62,498 bases of DNA, filler included, from Pirum gemmata (GCA_002812295.1; 16 parts of 16 records of this genome joined end to end with filler, not necessarily neighbours in it), one strand, 5' to 3'. Positions 23,799 to 38,241 are shown, counted from the first letter of the whole stretch. Notes: generated from the sequence alone by a model not told the origin. Translations and numbers: made by a program.

Positions 23799-25337
23799 AC
23801 ACCCACACCCACACCCACACCCACACCCACATACCCACACCCACACACCCACCCACACACATACACACAAACGAAATAATATACTAAAAAGGATAGACAT
23901 TTTCCAAAATAATAAGTTCGTGTATCTTCAGAATTCGCATAGTGCTACGTGGAGAAAAGGCTGCTATTATATTACTAATTGGCTTTGCTTGAACAACACC
24001 CACTACTTTTGCATTGCCTTTGCCATGTTTTGTATGTTTTTTTTTTAACTAGTGTGAAAAGACAATTCTTAATTAGTTTAAAATTAGGAGGTAATATGTT
24101 CACTTTTTATTATAGTATAGAAGAAAAGAAGGATTTTGTTAGTTAGTTAGACCAGCGTCACCTAAATTATTATTTATGTTAAGAGAAAAGATTTAAATTA
24201 AAAATTATAGAGGTAATCTGTACTTCTTTTTTATTATAATTTGTAACCACTTTCGAATTTCTGGGTTTATCCGAATCCAAGTAATAGCGACAAGCTGGTA
24301 TTTTCGATTTTCAATTAGGAAACAGATAATAAGGCAAGATAATTTATGTCGTAGAAGATGGTTTAGATTTGGACACGTAAATAAATAGCACTTTTCTATG
24401 GTTTGAATGTAAATGAAATGGTTGTATAATACAGAAGGAAAAGCCATTTTTAAATTCTAATCATTCATAAAAAAAAAGAAACTCAAAAAAAAAAAAGAAA
24501 ATGGGGGGAAAAAGGTGATTTTCTTCCAACATGCACTCATGCTCGAAATGTCCCATTTTTAAATTTAGATTTAAATTTCAAAAAATAAATTTTAATAACG
24601 ATACAGCAATAATAAGGATAATGATGATGACAATGACATTGCTCATGAAAAAAGGTCCATAAACAAATACAAAACGAATGTCGTACAAAGAAATTTTGTT
24701 ATCATACCTTGCTTGTATGGTGGACTTTTCAGTTTTCTCGGTCTTTATATGGTAGCAAGTTTCATTACCATTTTTGGATTAGAGAGTAAAAGCTCTAGAG
24801 CCTAGGCTCTAGTAGAGCTTTTTTTAGAGCTTTTTTTAAGTATAATAGACTAATACCGTGGTAGTATCTACCCGCTACCAGTCATTTCAGTCATTTCAGA
24901 AATTATTAGTCATTTCATTTGTCTTATAATACGTCACGTCAAGGGGTAGGTAGGTAGGTGGTATTTGACCGGAAATTAATTTCGAGGGGTAGGTAGGTAG
25001 GGGTATTTGAAGCTGTATTTGACTGGGAATTAGCGTTACGTTTCCATAGTCAGTTTTCATAGCCATCAAGTTCGAACATTAAAATACGTCGAAATAGAGC
25101 TCTATTTTTCAAATATAAGTAGGTTATTATGTTCGAAAGTTCCGAACATGTACAAAAAAAAGTATGCATAATACGATAATAATAATAAAAAAATCATAGA
25201 CTATCATAAATATATGAAATGATATCATAAGGTAATCATCAAGGGGGTTCTAAAAAGGGCTGTTGTAATTTGCTAGCCAGTGTAATTTGTAAAAAACGGA
25301 CTTGTTTTTTCTTGAATTTATAAAAATATGGTTCTCG

Positions 25338-25403
<66 letters not shown>

Positions 25404-25663
25404 CCACAACCTGAATCGATATTGGCAATAAATTAAACAGTTTGGGGTTCTTGATATATTATCATAATATAGACTGTCTAGCTAGGAGTGCTAGAAAATG
25501 CTAGTACAAGTAAGTCCTATAAGAATACCCCCATCCTAAACGAACTTAAAAAAAAAAAAGAAAACTTCACGTTTAATGACTTCAACAGTTCTTCAACTTC
25601 TTCTTCGAAATTGATTAATTAATTTGTAAGAAACTTTAAAGCAGCACATCAATAAATCACTAC

Positions 25664-25800
25664 CTTGATCATTAGTCTCGGGGTGATCAGACCAAGGAGA
25701 ACTTTTTGTATTATAATCGTTTTCATATCCCACATGGAAATCCAATTTTTCCCCGGTATGTGTTGTTTCGTACAAGTCGTTGTTAATTAAAGGTAATCCA
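25664..25800 (-). CDS. Probable isolated exon of an unknown protein (GLPLINNDLYETTHTGEKLDFHVGYENDYNTKSSPWSDHPETNDQ)
   Basis: Higher-GC open frame between an AACAG acceptor and a CAAG|GTAGTG donor, flanked by microsatellite-rich intron-like DNA. Confidence 0.45.
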
Positions 25801-25889
25801 CTGTTTGAAAACGCTTTTTATACCTTATTATTATTATTATATTTATTATCATTATCATTATTATACTCATTATTATTATCATAAGTAAA

Positions 25890-25922
<33 letters not shown>

Positions 25923-26087
25923 NNNNNNNNNNNNNNNNNNNNNNNNNNNNNNNNNNNNNNNNNNNNTTAATTAATTAANNNNNNNNNNNNNNNNNNNNNN
26001 NNNNNNNNNNNNNNNNNNNNNNAATTACGTAGAGTCAAATTTTTTATCTAATTTAATCTAGCTAATTTTAAAGAGAAATGAACATAC

Positions 26088-26188
26088 TTCAGGGGCTAAT
26101 AAATCACTTAATTCAACTTTGCTATCACTTCGCCTAATTTGATCAGCATGAGGAGGTAGAAAAGTTACAGGTTCTCCAGTCAACATCA
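26088..26188 (-). CDS. Probable isolated exon of an unknown protein (MLTGEPVTFLPPHADQIRRSDSKVELSDLLAPE)
   Basis: TAAG acceptor, strong GAA|GTATGT donor, open frame, coding-like composition. Confidence 0.5.
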
Positions 26189-26590
26189 CTTAATTTTTAG
26201 AAAACAATCAAAAATCTCTTTTTTTATTATTGTATATTTGTATTATTATTATTTGATTCTATTTCTTTTATTATTATCCATAACAATACAATAATTTCTC
26301 CTGTAATTCCTGATTAAACTTTTGGCCTAGCTGTTTTGGCTGTTGGACAAAAAAAAAACTAGAAATAAAAAACACATACAAAATAGGAAGGAAAAAGTGT
26401 GCTTATTATTTGTTAAAAATTCCGTTTTTATTACTTTATTTGGTATCTTGTAAATAATTTGGCAGCTATTAGATAAAACGGCCCCCTTTGGCTAGCAAAT
26501 TGTAATACAGGGCGGCTTCATTCAGTCACAAATTTTAATGAATTTTTAGTGATTTTTTTGTGATTTTTTCTAAAAAAAAAATGAGTTTTT

Positions 26591-26813
26591 TAGGGGTGAG
26601 ATAACTACTGGAACTTTTTTCGAACAGATGCTTATCGAGCCAACCTTAGTTCCGTGTTTCTTACTAATAATAGCAGTTAAATAGCTTAAAATAGTAAATC
26701 TAATTATAGTAGATAGCAATTAAAGTAATAATATTACCATTAATAGTATTAAACTAAATCGGAAAAGTTCCGCAGCTGTTCGGTAATAATAAAATGACGT
26801 CATCTCACCCCTA
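26591..26813. mobile_element. MITE family D (TIR TAGGGGTGAGAT / ATCTCACCCCTA); second copy at 51018-51264
   Basis: 12-bp perfect TIR; two colinear copies on different scaffolds. Confidence 0.85.
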
Positions 26814-27784
26814 CTGGTTTTTTTGTGCTATATTATAGCATAATTATATCATCGTTCTTCTAGTATATTGCTGTCGTTGTTGTTGTTGTTTTTAGTGATG
26901 CTGCTTTTATTTGTTGCTATTGTTATAATATTGTTATTGTTATTGCTGTTGTTGTTAGTGGCTGTTGTGGTGTTGGTGTTGGTGTTGGTTATTATGATAT
27001 TGCTGTTGTTTGCTGTTTGCTGTTGTTGTTTGTTGTTTAAATTAATTTGTTGTTGTTGTTTGTTGTTGTTGTTGGTGTTGGTGGTGATGGTGTTATTTGT
27101 TATTTTTTATTTGTTATTTGTTATTTGTTATTTGTTATTTGTTATTTGTTATTTGTTATTTTCTGTTTGTTGTCTGTTGTTTGGTAAATCAACTGATTCA
27201 AAAAGCTGTTGAGACAATGTTTCTATGTTCTATACGTCATTGCTGTGAAAACTCATATCAAATCACATAATATATATATTCATTTGAAAATTGAAGTAAA
27301 TAGTCAACTGTGTGATAATTGATAATATCAGATATGATAATATTAGCTATAATACTAGCTACTACCAGTAGTAGGGTTACATATGTATTACATCATAACT
27401 ACATTGCAGAATTATATTGATATTTTTTTTTTGACTTCTTTTCTAAAAAACCTTTAAAAATTCTAACTAGCCAAATTATTATTAAAAACTGACCATTGGC
27501 TCATAATAGAGTTTTATTAGTTAGACAATCCCTAAAACTTTGGTAGTACTTTTATTAAAATTGGAAGATTTTAATATTTCGTCAGATATTGAGCTCATAT
27601 GGCAGATTTTGCAATTTTATCCAGCATGAGTGTTAAAAAAAAAATCTTATCATAATTACCTTATAATTAAATGATAGAATTTAATCATATAAAAAAAAAT
27701 CTACGGGTAGTGTTGGCCTGGACGATAATCATATACCCTCGTACACGATACGCCTCTCACAATTCTGGTCAAACCGAAATCCCA

Positions 27785-28511
27785 AATTTCTGCTGTCAAA
27801 AAAAAGCCAAAATTCAGCTACGTTCGAAAAATATTTTTTTTTCGTATTTTTCGGGTTTCTTTTTTTTTTAATAAATAAATATATTTGAATACTTAATTGT
27901 AATCTTGAACATTTCGAACTTATTAATTAATATATAGACTCGAAATATCGATTTTTAAACAGAGCAGAATTGGGAGACGAAATGGGCAATAATTTTGATT
28001 TGCTCATTTTCCAAAAGTTTTCCAAAAATCCGATTTGGCAATATTTGATTGGTTTGATTTTTTATCATGTTTTTTTTACCTTGCCTAAAATAACCAGCCT
28101 AAAATAATAATATGATAATTTTGAGAATTATTTTGGTATTTTTTAGCTTTTAATAAATTAATAATAAATAAACAAATAAAAGTGCCAAATTAAATAAAAT
28201 GTATCAAATAAAAGTTAATTTGGCTTGTTTTGTAGTTCTCATGACAGCTGCTATTACTGGCCTATTACTGGTAGTCTAGTAGACTAACCAGCATATATGG
28301 TAGTCTAGCCCCGTAAACTCGAAAACTCGAATTTCTGCTGTCAAAAAAAGCTAAAATTCAGCTACGTTTGAAAAATATATTTTTTTCATATTTTTCGGGT
28401 TTATTAATAAATAAATATATTTGAATACTTAATTATAAGATTAAACATTTCGAACTTATTAATTAATATACAGACTCGAAATCTCGATTTTTAAACAGAG
28501 CGGAATTGGGA
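27785..28511 (+). repeat. ~185-bp direct repeat pair (27785-27974 and 28330-28511)
   Basis: AATTTCTGCTGTCAAAAAAA...AAATTCAGCTACGTT...AACATTTCGAACTTATTAATTAATATA...GAATTGGGA occurs twice. Confidence 0.85.
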
Positions 28512-30420
28512 AAGCCTACTAGTCTATGGCGCACTAAAAACGTCCTACTTTTTTTACTCCCACTTTTTTTTTTTTATTTATGTTTGAAAATTTCAAACCT
28601 ATTAAAGACCTATTACAATACTTTTTGTTCGAAAACTAAATATTACAGTGAAGCCCAAAAGTCAGACGTTTTTTAATGGTTTGCTAGGTAGGGGAGCGTT
28701 CAAATAATATGTCACGTGACTCACGTCAAGGGGTAGGTAGGTAGGTGGTATTTGACCGGAAATTAACGTCGAGGGGAAGGTAGGTAGGGGTATTTGAAGC
28801 AGTGTTTGACCGGAAATTGGCGTATGTACTAGTCATGCTAGCTAGTCTATCTAGTAGTGCTTTTCAGTTGTTTTGTCATCAAGAAATATGCAATAAATAG
28901 TACCAAATAAATACAATGTAAATCCATTTTCTATTTTTTGGTATATTTTACTATCTATCTATTGGTTTAAAAATATCAATTTAAATATTATAACCCACCA
29001 AATAAATATTCAGAGCGACAAAATAAATGATAGTCGTGACGACATTTTTTTTTTTTAAAACTAGACCTTAGTTAGTAGCTGACATCCGTAACATGACTCT
29101 GATATGAGTCAAAAATCCAAAAATCTCAAAATGATCCAATTTTAATTTTAAGTACTACCAAATACTGAGAAATCTTTTAATTATAAAACTCTATTATGAA
29201 CCAATGGTTAGTTTTTAAAAATTATTTGGATAGTTAATATTAGTTAGAGAAGAAGCCTAAGAAAATGATTTCTAGACTGCAGTTTTATCCAGCTTACCTG
29301 TTAAAAAAAATAAAAATTAGAAGCTCTAGCTAGTTACGGTACTGATATTGAATTTTCTTCATATCGCACTATCGCAAAACAGTCATGGATTACCCCTAAC
29401 CCCTAACCCCTAACCCCTAACTAACCCCTAACCCCTAANNNNNNNNNNNNNNNNNNNNNNNNNNNNNNNNNNNNNNNNNNNNTTAATTAATTAANNNNNN
29501 NNNNNNNNNNNNNNNNNNNNNNNNNNNNNNNNNNNNNNAATATAATAATATAATAGACTACGCGTTGAAAGCTGTAACGTGCAAGATGTGTGCAACGTTG
29601 ATTTATTTTTATAAATAATTTTCAGGTATTATACTATATATGAATATTGCAATTAGCTGATTTAAATCCAAAAACAGTCCACAAAATGCAAGTCTTTTGT
29701 TAAATTTTCTTACAGTTTTTTAACTCTTTTTATTATTATTATTCATTATTATGTTATAATATAATATATTTAATTATTATAATTGGTTATATTATCATAA
29801 ATAACTTACGAGTAATTATACATTATTATGAGGATTATATATAATTATATATAATATAGCATCAATAGTTAAAACCCAATTTCGAAGATTAGCTAGAATA
29901 GACAAGCTATTATTAGATTAGACTGTTGTTGGGTATATGATAATCGTATTATTGATATTATAATGAAACAATCATACTTATTAAATAATAATTATGAACC
30001 TGGATCACGTTGTCACATGTTGTCGCCTTAATTTAAACTCAAAACATTATTAGGATTAATAATTGGGGTTTTAATAGCGTTAACAAGAACGTTAGAGTGC
30101 TAGGGTTAGGGATTGTAAAGGCGAGGTTTAGCTATAGGGTTAACGACTGTTAGAGACTGTTAAAATTAAGGTTTATTCAATACCTGTGCAATTGACTTTC
30201 AATGGCATTTTTTTTATATTAATTAATATAATTATTATTATAATATATTATTTATTTTTTTGTGTTTGTGTGTAAATTGGACTTGGTATTAATAAATTTA
30301 TTAACAAAAATAGCTTATAAAAATGATCTGAAGTCCTTTGCAAAAATCAAAAAAAGAGAACCCGATTGTATATATATAGTATATATAGAACTGGTTCTAT
30401 CGTCTATTTCATTACAGTTT

Positions 30421-30602
30421 TCCTCTCAATCTTTTTAATTTGGTACTTTTTAAGTGTATAATTGAACTGTTTTATAAAATACAACATTAAGTATAAAATA
30501 CCAAAATAATCAAAACATGTCCAATAGTTTAACCATAATAATAATAATGGGTAAGTTTATTTCAGTTTTTGAACTTGACAACACTATTGAAAAACACAAT
30601 AC
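30421..30602 (+). mobile_element. Dispersed repeat family G (~180 bp, no clear TIR); copies at 44186, 19071, 21085 (reverse), 61678 and fragments
   Basis: TCCTCTCAATCTTT...TTTAAGTGTATAATTGAAC...GTTTATTTCAGTTTTTGAAC...TATTGAAAAACAC shared across scaffolds. Confidence 0.75.
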
Positions 30603-32727
30603 TAGTAGTAGCTACTACTACTAGCTTAGTGGCTTTAGCTTGGTAGTAGTTTGATATAAAAGAAAAGAAATTTATTACTGTTAGGGAGTGCTCAAATACT
30701 ACGTAGAGTATCGCCAACTTCTGGTCAAATACAGCTTCAAATACCCCCTACCTACCTGCCCCTCGACGTTAATTAATTTATAATGCCCGGTCAAATATCA
30801 ACTACCTACATACCCCTTGACGTGACGTATTATTTAAACACACCTTTAGATGGTAATAATATCAGACTTTTAAGATAACGAACATCAAAGACTCACGCAA
30901 TTCAAGAGTCAAAAACAACTCGAAAACATTACTATCAAAACCACAAGCCTCATAACTTAGAACCTAATAATAATTTTTGTTATTTTGACTTTGGTTTGAT
31001 GGCTGTTTGAGGCTGTTTGGACCAGTATTTGGTGCTGTTAGAAGTGCTGATGGTGGTGGGAAGCAATACGAAATTTCACCTGATGGCGATCATTTCGTTT
31101 TTTCACTTTTTGTAAAATGAAAACAAAACAAAACGAGACAAACCTTGCATTATTTTTGTGGCACAGTAGACTAGAGCTGAGTCTAATTGTATATTGTATC
31201 ATAGATAGTAGTAGCAAATAGTCATGCAATAGTTATACAATATAGTTTACAATATTATATTATCGTAGTTCTATCGTGTTTTTCCAAAGTTTTGCCCAGT
31301 TTCAAAAACTGAAATAAACAAATTATAATAATAATAAAACTATTAAAATTAAACATGGTATTTTGTAATTTTAACATTTTATTTTACACACAAGCTTATT
31401 TTAAGAATCAAGTTTAATCAATAATGTTAAAAAAATATGCGATTTATTTATTTTTAATTAAAACTAGACGTCTATTTATTTTCAATTAACTCATAAGTGT
31501 AGTATTTTTTGCAAAATTAGCAAAATGTAACACAATGAATATGCTCGATATAATGTCACTTTTACATAATTATTACAATAGTTTTTTTTTGTCCATGTGG
31601 TAGATTATTATCATAATATCGTAGGAGTAAAACTCGAGGAGTAAAACTGTAAATTACATTAATGATTTGCACCTTAACCCTAACCCTAACCTTAACCCTA
31701 ACCTTACCTAGCTAGCTAGGTCTAAACGGCAGCATTGAGTCAATTTATTCATTCATATTTTTATATATAATATCGTAGGAGTAAAACTTGAGGAGTAAAA
31801 CTGTAAATTACATTAGTGATTTGTAAGAGTTTTGTAAGTGATTTCTAATTTTTTTTTTTTTTTTTTTTTTTCTTTAATTTTTAATTTTTTTTATATATAT
31901 GATATCATAGCCAGATAAAAATGGCGATTATGAGCTCAAAAATCCAAAAATGCTCCAATTTTAACAAAAGTACTACCAAAGTTTTAGAAATAGTTTAACT
32001 TATATAAAAACTATATTATGAACCAATGGTTAGTTTTAAAAATAATTTGGCTAGTTATAATTTTAAATATATAAAAAAATAAATTCTACAGTTTGAAAAA
32101 AAAAAAAAACCTAACACTTTTTGAGGTTACAGAGCTAAGACACATATAATTGGTTCCCACGCCCCACCACATACCGCATGTGAGAAAGAACTTATCATAG
32201 CTTTATATTATTTTATAATATAAAAATTATAATAATGTTATTATAGCTGTTAGCATACTCTAAAAAGATAATAGTATATTATAATAGTGTAGTCTATCAA
32301 TAACTATCAATAAATAAAAAAGGAAAAAATGCACCAAGCAGAAGAGTAACTGTTGAATTTTTTTCGTAATAGCGTTGTCTTTTGTGATTTATATTCTCAA
32401 TCACTGTCACAACAAGAAATTAATCAATTTAAATGGTAAAATCGAAGTTCCTGAAGGAGATTTATCTATGATATTATTAATCCCCTCTGTTCGTAATGTC
32501 AGAGATTTATTAATTTTATCACTCTAAATATTTATTTGGAGGGTTATAATCTTTAAATTGACGGTTTTAAATCAATACATAGATAATAAAATGTATCAAA
32601 ATAATCAAATGGATTTATATTGTATTTATTTGGTACGGTTAGGGTTTTAGGGAACTAGTGATAGCTAGTAGTATTAATTGTTTACAAGTAGTCTATTATC
32701 ATAGAATTAATATTAATAAGTTCATGA

Positions 32728-32760
<33 letters not shown>

Positions 32761-33017
32761 TTTATAATGTTCAAAGTTCAAACTATTCAGAGTTACATTA
32801 TAAACATAGGTTCATGCTGTTTTTAAAAGTCAAGTCTCCTTTGTGCTTTTCATTTATTTGATCATTTCGAATATTTATTTGGTTGTTTATAATATTTAAA
32901 TTGATACTTTTAAATAAATAAATATATAATAAAATATACCAAATTAAATGAAATGGATTTATATTGTATTAATTTGGTANNNNNNNNNNNNNNNNNNNNN
33001 NNNNNNAAGTGTCTATA

Positions 33018-33049
<32 letters not shown>

Positions 33050-33242
33050 TTATTTGGAGGGTTATAATATTTAAATAGACATTTTTAATTAAATATATAG
33101 ATAATAAAAGAAAACAAATTAAATTAAATGGTTCATATTGTATTAATTTGGTACTATTTATTATATATTTTATGATTACAAAACAACTGAAAAGCACTAG
33201 ACTATAGTAAATAAACTATAATGATTATAATGCTCATAATAA

Positions 33243-33395
33243 GGGATAGTTCAAATAATACGTCACGTCAAGGGGTAGGTAGGTAGGTGGTATCTGACCG
33301 GAAATTAACGTCGAGGGGTAGGTAGGTAGAGGCATTTGAAGCTGTATTTGATCAGAAATTGGCGTTAGGTAGTATTCGAAGTTTCGAACGCTCCC
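33243..33395. mobile_element. MITE family C (PIF/Harbinger-like, TAA target duplication); copies at 24925, 28692, 30624 (reverse) and 52991 (reverse)
   Basis: TAA|GGGATAGTTCAAATA...GAACGCTCCC|TAA; two internal subrepeats of the form GGGGTAGGTAGGTAG.GG.AT.TGA. Confidence 0.82.
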
Positions 33396-35266
33396 TAATA
33401 GAAAATCGTTATGGAAATTGCAAATAACTCGCACTCAAATCGAGGTTACTCTAAATAAAACAAGAAAAAAGTATAATCGTAAACTAATTTCATAAGAATA
33501 AAATAAGAATAAAACAAACCACGAGCCAAAATAAACCACATAGCTACTTTACAAACAAGATTATATCATAAATTATTGACTTATTAGCAGTGTTCAATTA
33601 GATTTTTAATACACAATAACTACAATCCCAATAACAACACGAGGCCTGTGCTGTTAAAAACCTGAAATAAATGTATCAAATATATTAATGTTAGTACAAC
33701 CATCAGACCTGTTTTAATTATGTTGGCATTTTATTACAATTTAAATTTAAATTGTATTTTATATAATAAACTTGCTCAATTATATACTTAAACCACGCAT
33801 GGTCTCTCTCATGTTTAAACAGAGAACAACTAGTATGCAGTGTATAATTCTAGTGTTTTTCAGTTGTTTGTCACCATTATATATTGCTCGGTCCTCTTCA
33901 TTTTCCTCTAATTCTTCTTCTTCTTCTTCTTCTTCATCATCATCTTCGTCTTCTACAATAAAAAGTGCAAATTAATATTAATACAATATAAATGCATTTA
34001 ATTAATTTAATTTAATTTAGTATTAATATATTATTATTATATTATCTATTTATTCATTTATCGTGCTTTTCAGTTGTTTTGTTATGACAATTTAAAGGTT
34101 ATATAACCCACTAAATATTAATGAATATTCAGAGTGACAAAAACAAATCGAGTTCACTTTAAATAAAACAAGAAAAAAGTATTTTATTATTAGACCAGGA
34201 GACTGCGGGAGTCTAATCATAGTTTTTTTGTTGTTTTAAAAATAATAATAATAATAATAATAATAATAATTAAACCACGAGCTTAAATAAATATACCACA
34301 AAACTATTTTCCACACAAGATTACAGTAAGATTATTATTCACTTTAATATTAGCATTGTTCAATTGTAGTAACAATTTTTAAATTATAGTATTAATATAA
34401 AAAATTAACAATAATAATAATTATTATGATTATGATTAATAATAATACAAACGTATATATAAAAGTACCAGTTTTCGCACAATTATCTGTTATGGTTAGG
34501 GTTAGGGTTTGGGTTAGGGTTATGGTTATGGTTAGGGTTAGGGTTATGATATTATATTAATATTATATCAAGATATACCAAGACAAACTCCAACTGGCAA
34601 ACTCCAAGGCACACCAAGTCCAAGACCCCACCCCATTTCCGTTCANNNNNNNNNNNNNNNNNNNNNNNNNNNNNNNNNNNNNNNNNNNNTTAATTAATTA
34701 ANNNNNNNNNNNNNNNNNNNNNNNNNNNNNNNNNNNNNNNNNNNNAATAATAATAATAATAATAATAACAGCTCTTGAGAAATATTACATCTCTATGATA
34801 AAAGTATAATATTTATAACAATCAATCCTCCTATTTCGTCAACCACACCAACTACACCAACAACAAGTCAACAATGACTCAACATTGACTCAACAACGCC
34901 AGAAACAAACAATATGGGTTTTTTGACCAATTTAAGTAATTTAATTTCTAAATTATACACACTATACCGGTAATTACTAAAATAAAAACAATATATTCCA
35001 TACTTGGAAGTAAATTTAATATTAAATTTTACTATCTTTATAAAATAAACAATAAAGAGTATCAAATTAATACAATATAAATCCATTTAATTTAATTTGG
35101 TATAATTTATTATCCCATTTATTCATTTAACTATGTCAATTAAAAAATTATAACCAACCAAATAAATATTCGGGAGCGACAAAACAAACTAGTGGCTAGC
35201 TAGTCTACTAAGCTCTAGCTAGCTCTAGAGTAGCACTGGCTACTCTAACTCTACTCTAGCTAGTTA

Positions 35267-35434
35267 TTTTTTTTTTTATTTATGTATCATAGTTTTCGCA
35301 CATCGTTCTCAGTTAAGTACCTCCGATGTATAGCGGGGTGTCCCTCCGGTAGTAGCACCCTTTCTTTTTTGTTTCGACATTTGACAGTGCTGGCAGCGGA
35401 TCGAACCGCTAACCTTTAGGTTTTGAGACTCCGC
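35267..35434 (-). mobile_element. Candidate tRNA-derived SINE (5'-truncated tRNA head, short body, A-rich tail)
   Basis: Minus strand reads GGAGTCTCAAAACCTAAAGGTTAGCGGTTCGATCCGCT (anticodon arm, B box/T arm), then a GC-richer body and AATAAAAAAAAAAA. Confidence 0.45.
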
Positions 35435-36108
35435 TTATTATTATTATTCTGGTATATATCGATAATAATTTCATCTATTTTACACCACGTTTCTATTGTA
35501 CTGATTTTGTTTTGTGGAAATACAACATGACCTTTTAACCACTGGTCCCAATTCTAGATTATTATTCACTTTCATTATAGGCGGAGATAGATTGTATGTT
35601 AAATAAAACGTCTCGTCCGTTACTATAACTATACGAGAGTGCACGTGTTTATACGGAGTTTTAATTAATATTTGTTGTGAAGGTAGTTCCATAACCGCTT
35701 TATTACTGATGTACCCATTTGTGTATAATACAAAACGGTTATTTGCTGTTTATGGTCTATGGGTATAAAATAATCATGTAGGCTGTTGTAAAAGGAGCTT
35801 GTTGTTATAATTCGTATGTTACCCCAACATATGATACAATATTATTTTGTAATAATAATAAATTATATTAATAAAGAAATAGGTATAAATAGAGGTAATA
35901 ACGTTGTTATTGTCTTTATTTATGCTTTTAAACTGCTAAATATCAAATAGATATTATTTTACAACATTTTTTAGCAATAATTTTTTTTTTTACTTTATTA
36001 TTACTTTATTATTATTATTTATAATTATATAAAGTAAAAAAATAACCAAAAAATATCAAAAAAAAATATATATCAAACAAAATCAGTTACAAAATCTCAC
36101 TCTCCAAA

Positions 36109-36750
36109 ATGTCTAATATATTAAAATCAGATAATTTAATAAAACGACACTAAAACGACGTATTATTTATTATATGTACCCAAATATTCATGAAGTAGTA
36201 AGAACAAATAACTGGTGGGTATTGCGTTATCAATCGTTTGGAACCGATAATATGGATTACGCTGCAAAGTATAATAAATTTGTTTTATTAATGATATTTC
36301 ATAGAAATAATAACCGTTGTACTAGGAATGCTATGGATTGGGCAGCTCAATTTGGTCATTTTAGATGTAGTAAAGTTTCTACATTTTCATAGACATGAAG
36401 GGTATACTACTCTTGCTATGGGTTTAGCAGCACAATTTGGTCATTTAGATGTAGTAAAGTTTCTACATTTTCATAGACATGAAGGGTGTACTACGAATGC
36501 TATGCTTTTCGCAGCTCATAATGGTCATTTAGATGTAGTAAAGTTTCTACATAATAATAGGAATGAAGGGTGTTCTACTCTTGCTATGGCTTGGGCAACT
36601 CAATTTGGTCATTTGCATGTAGTAAACTTTCTGCATAATAATAGGAATGAAAGTACTACTAACGGTGTCTTTCTCCAGGATGTTGAAGGGTTATGCGATG
36701 AGGAGGATGATGATATGGATTCAAGAACTCAACTAGGTGCATTTTTCTAG
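36109..36750 (+). pseudogene. Frameshifted intronless ankyrin-repeat gene (CTTxAMxxAAxxGHLDVVKFLHxxRxEG type)
   Basis: Four to five 28-aa repeats. A +1 T at ~36360 (GGTCATTTTAGAT vs GGTCATTTAGAT) splits ORFs 36174-36392 and 36328-36750, and there is a further disruption near the likely ATG at 36109. Confidence 0.8.
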
Positions 36751-38241
36751 TCACAAAAATAAATAATTATTACTACAACTATTATTATTATAATCTAATA
36801 GAGTAGTAGTCTAGTATACCTGAATGGGTATATATTATATTGAATTAGCCTAATATATTAATTGTTTTTTTAATAGACACGTTTTAGTTATTATTATTTA
36901 GTTGAAATGTCCATTTTTTTAAAAAAAAGATAAGCAATGTGCATTTTAAAATAAAATAGAAAAAATGCAAGACAATATTAATTAGACTAAATATAATTAT
37001 TAATATCTAGCTAGAGTCTAGCTAGAGTCTAGAACTAGTCTAGACAACAATATTAGCATATATCATGATATATAATGACATTGTGCTTTTTCATTTAAAA
37101 TTTATTTTGTCATTCTGTTTATTTATTTGGTGTAGACTAAACCTTTTTAAAATTTTAACCTTTAAAATTAATAGATACCAAATTTTTTAATATTCCCTAT
37201 TATTTCTTGATGACAATTTACTAACCTGTTAAAAGGCATGCCCGGACATGCCTGTTAAGGTTGCCTGCCTTTGATACTATTAGTAATACTAATACTAATA
37301 CTAATACTAATACTAATACTAACACTAATACTAATGTTAATACCAATGCTAATATTTAATACACTCATGCTCATACTAATACTAATACTAATATTAATTC
37401 TACTAGTACTTTTACTTCTAATTCCAATATTGTTTTTGGGTTTGTTTACTGTTTGTTTCGTTTTTTGTTTTTTACTTTAGCTTTTAGGTCTAGATTTAGA
37501 TTTTGGTTTTGATTTTGATTTTGACTGATTTTGATTGTGATTGTGCTTTGGATTTCGTTTTGTTTTTTGTTTTGTTTTGTATTGTTTTGTTTTTGATATT
37601 AAAAATACCACTCTAATTCTAATTCTAATATTAATACTAATATTAGTACTAATACTAATAGTATTAAATATAGTAATACCAATACTAATAATAATAATAA
37701 TACCAATTAATACTAATAATAATACCAATACATAATATTATTAGTATTAGTATTAGTATTAGTATTAGTATTAGTATATATATATATAGTATTAGTATTA
37801 GTATTAATATTAGTATTAGTATTGGTATTGGTATTGGTATTAATTAGTATATTAGTATTAGTATTAGTATTAGTGTTAGTATTAGTGTTAGTATTGGTAT
37901 TGGTATTGGTATTGGTATTGGTATTGGTATTGGTATTAATATTGGTATTAGTATAAAAATATTAATATTAATATTAATATTAGTATTAATATTAATATTA
38001 GTATTAGTATTAGTATTAGTATTAGTATTAATTAGTATTAGTACTAGTACTAGTATTAATATTATTAATGCTAACACTAATACTAATATTTAATACTAAT
38101 ACTAATACTAATTATAATGCTACTATTAATACTTNNNNNNNNNNNNNNNNNNNNNNNNNNNNNNNNNNNNNNNNNNNNTTAATTAATTAANNNNNNNNNN
38201 NNNNNNNNNNNNNNNNNNNNNNNNNNNNNNNNNNGTGATAA

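Noticed and set aside
24240..24450. Stop-interrupted coding-like frame suggesting TAA/TAG reassignment
   Set aside because: Clear genes in the window (592-aa gene, AGO, GT2) end at TAA and have no internal stops, so this is more likely decayed sequence.
29393..29438. True chromosome end
   Set aside because: The C-rich strand lies at the right-hand scaffold end (wrong polarity for a telomere), and similar tracts are interstitial throughout.
35295..35315. Hammerhead ribozyme core (CTGAGAA...CGAAA on the minus strand)
   Set aside because: Does not match CUGANGA and lacks supporting stems.
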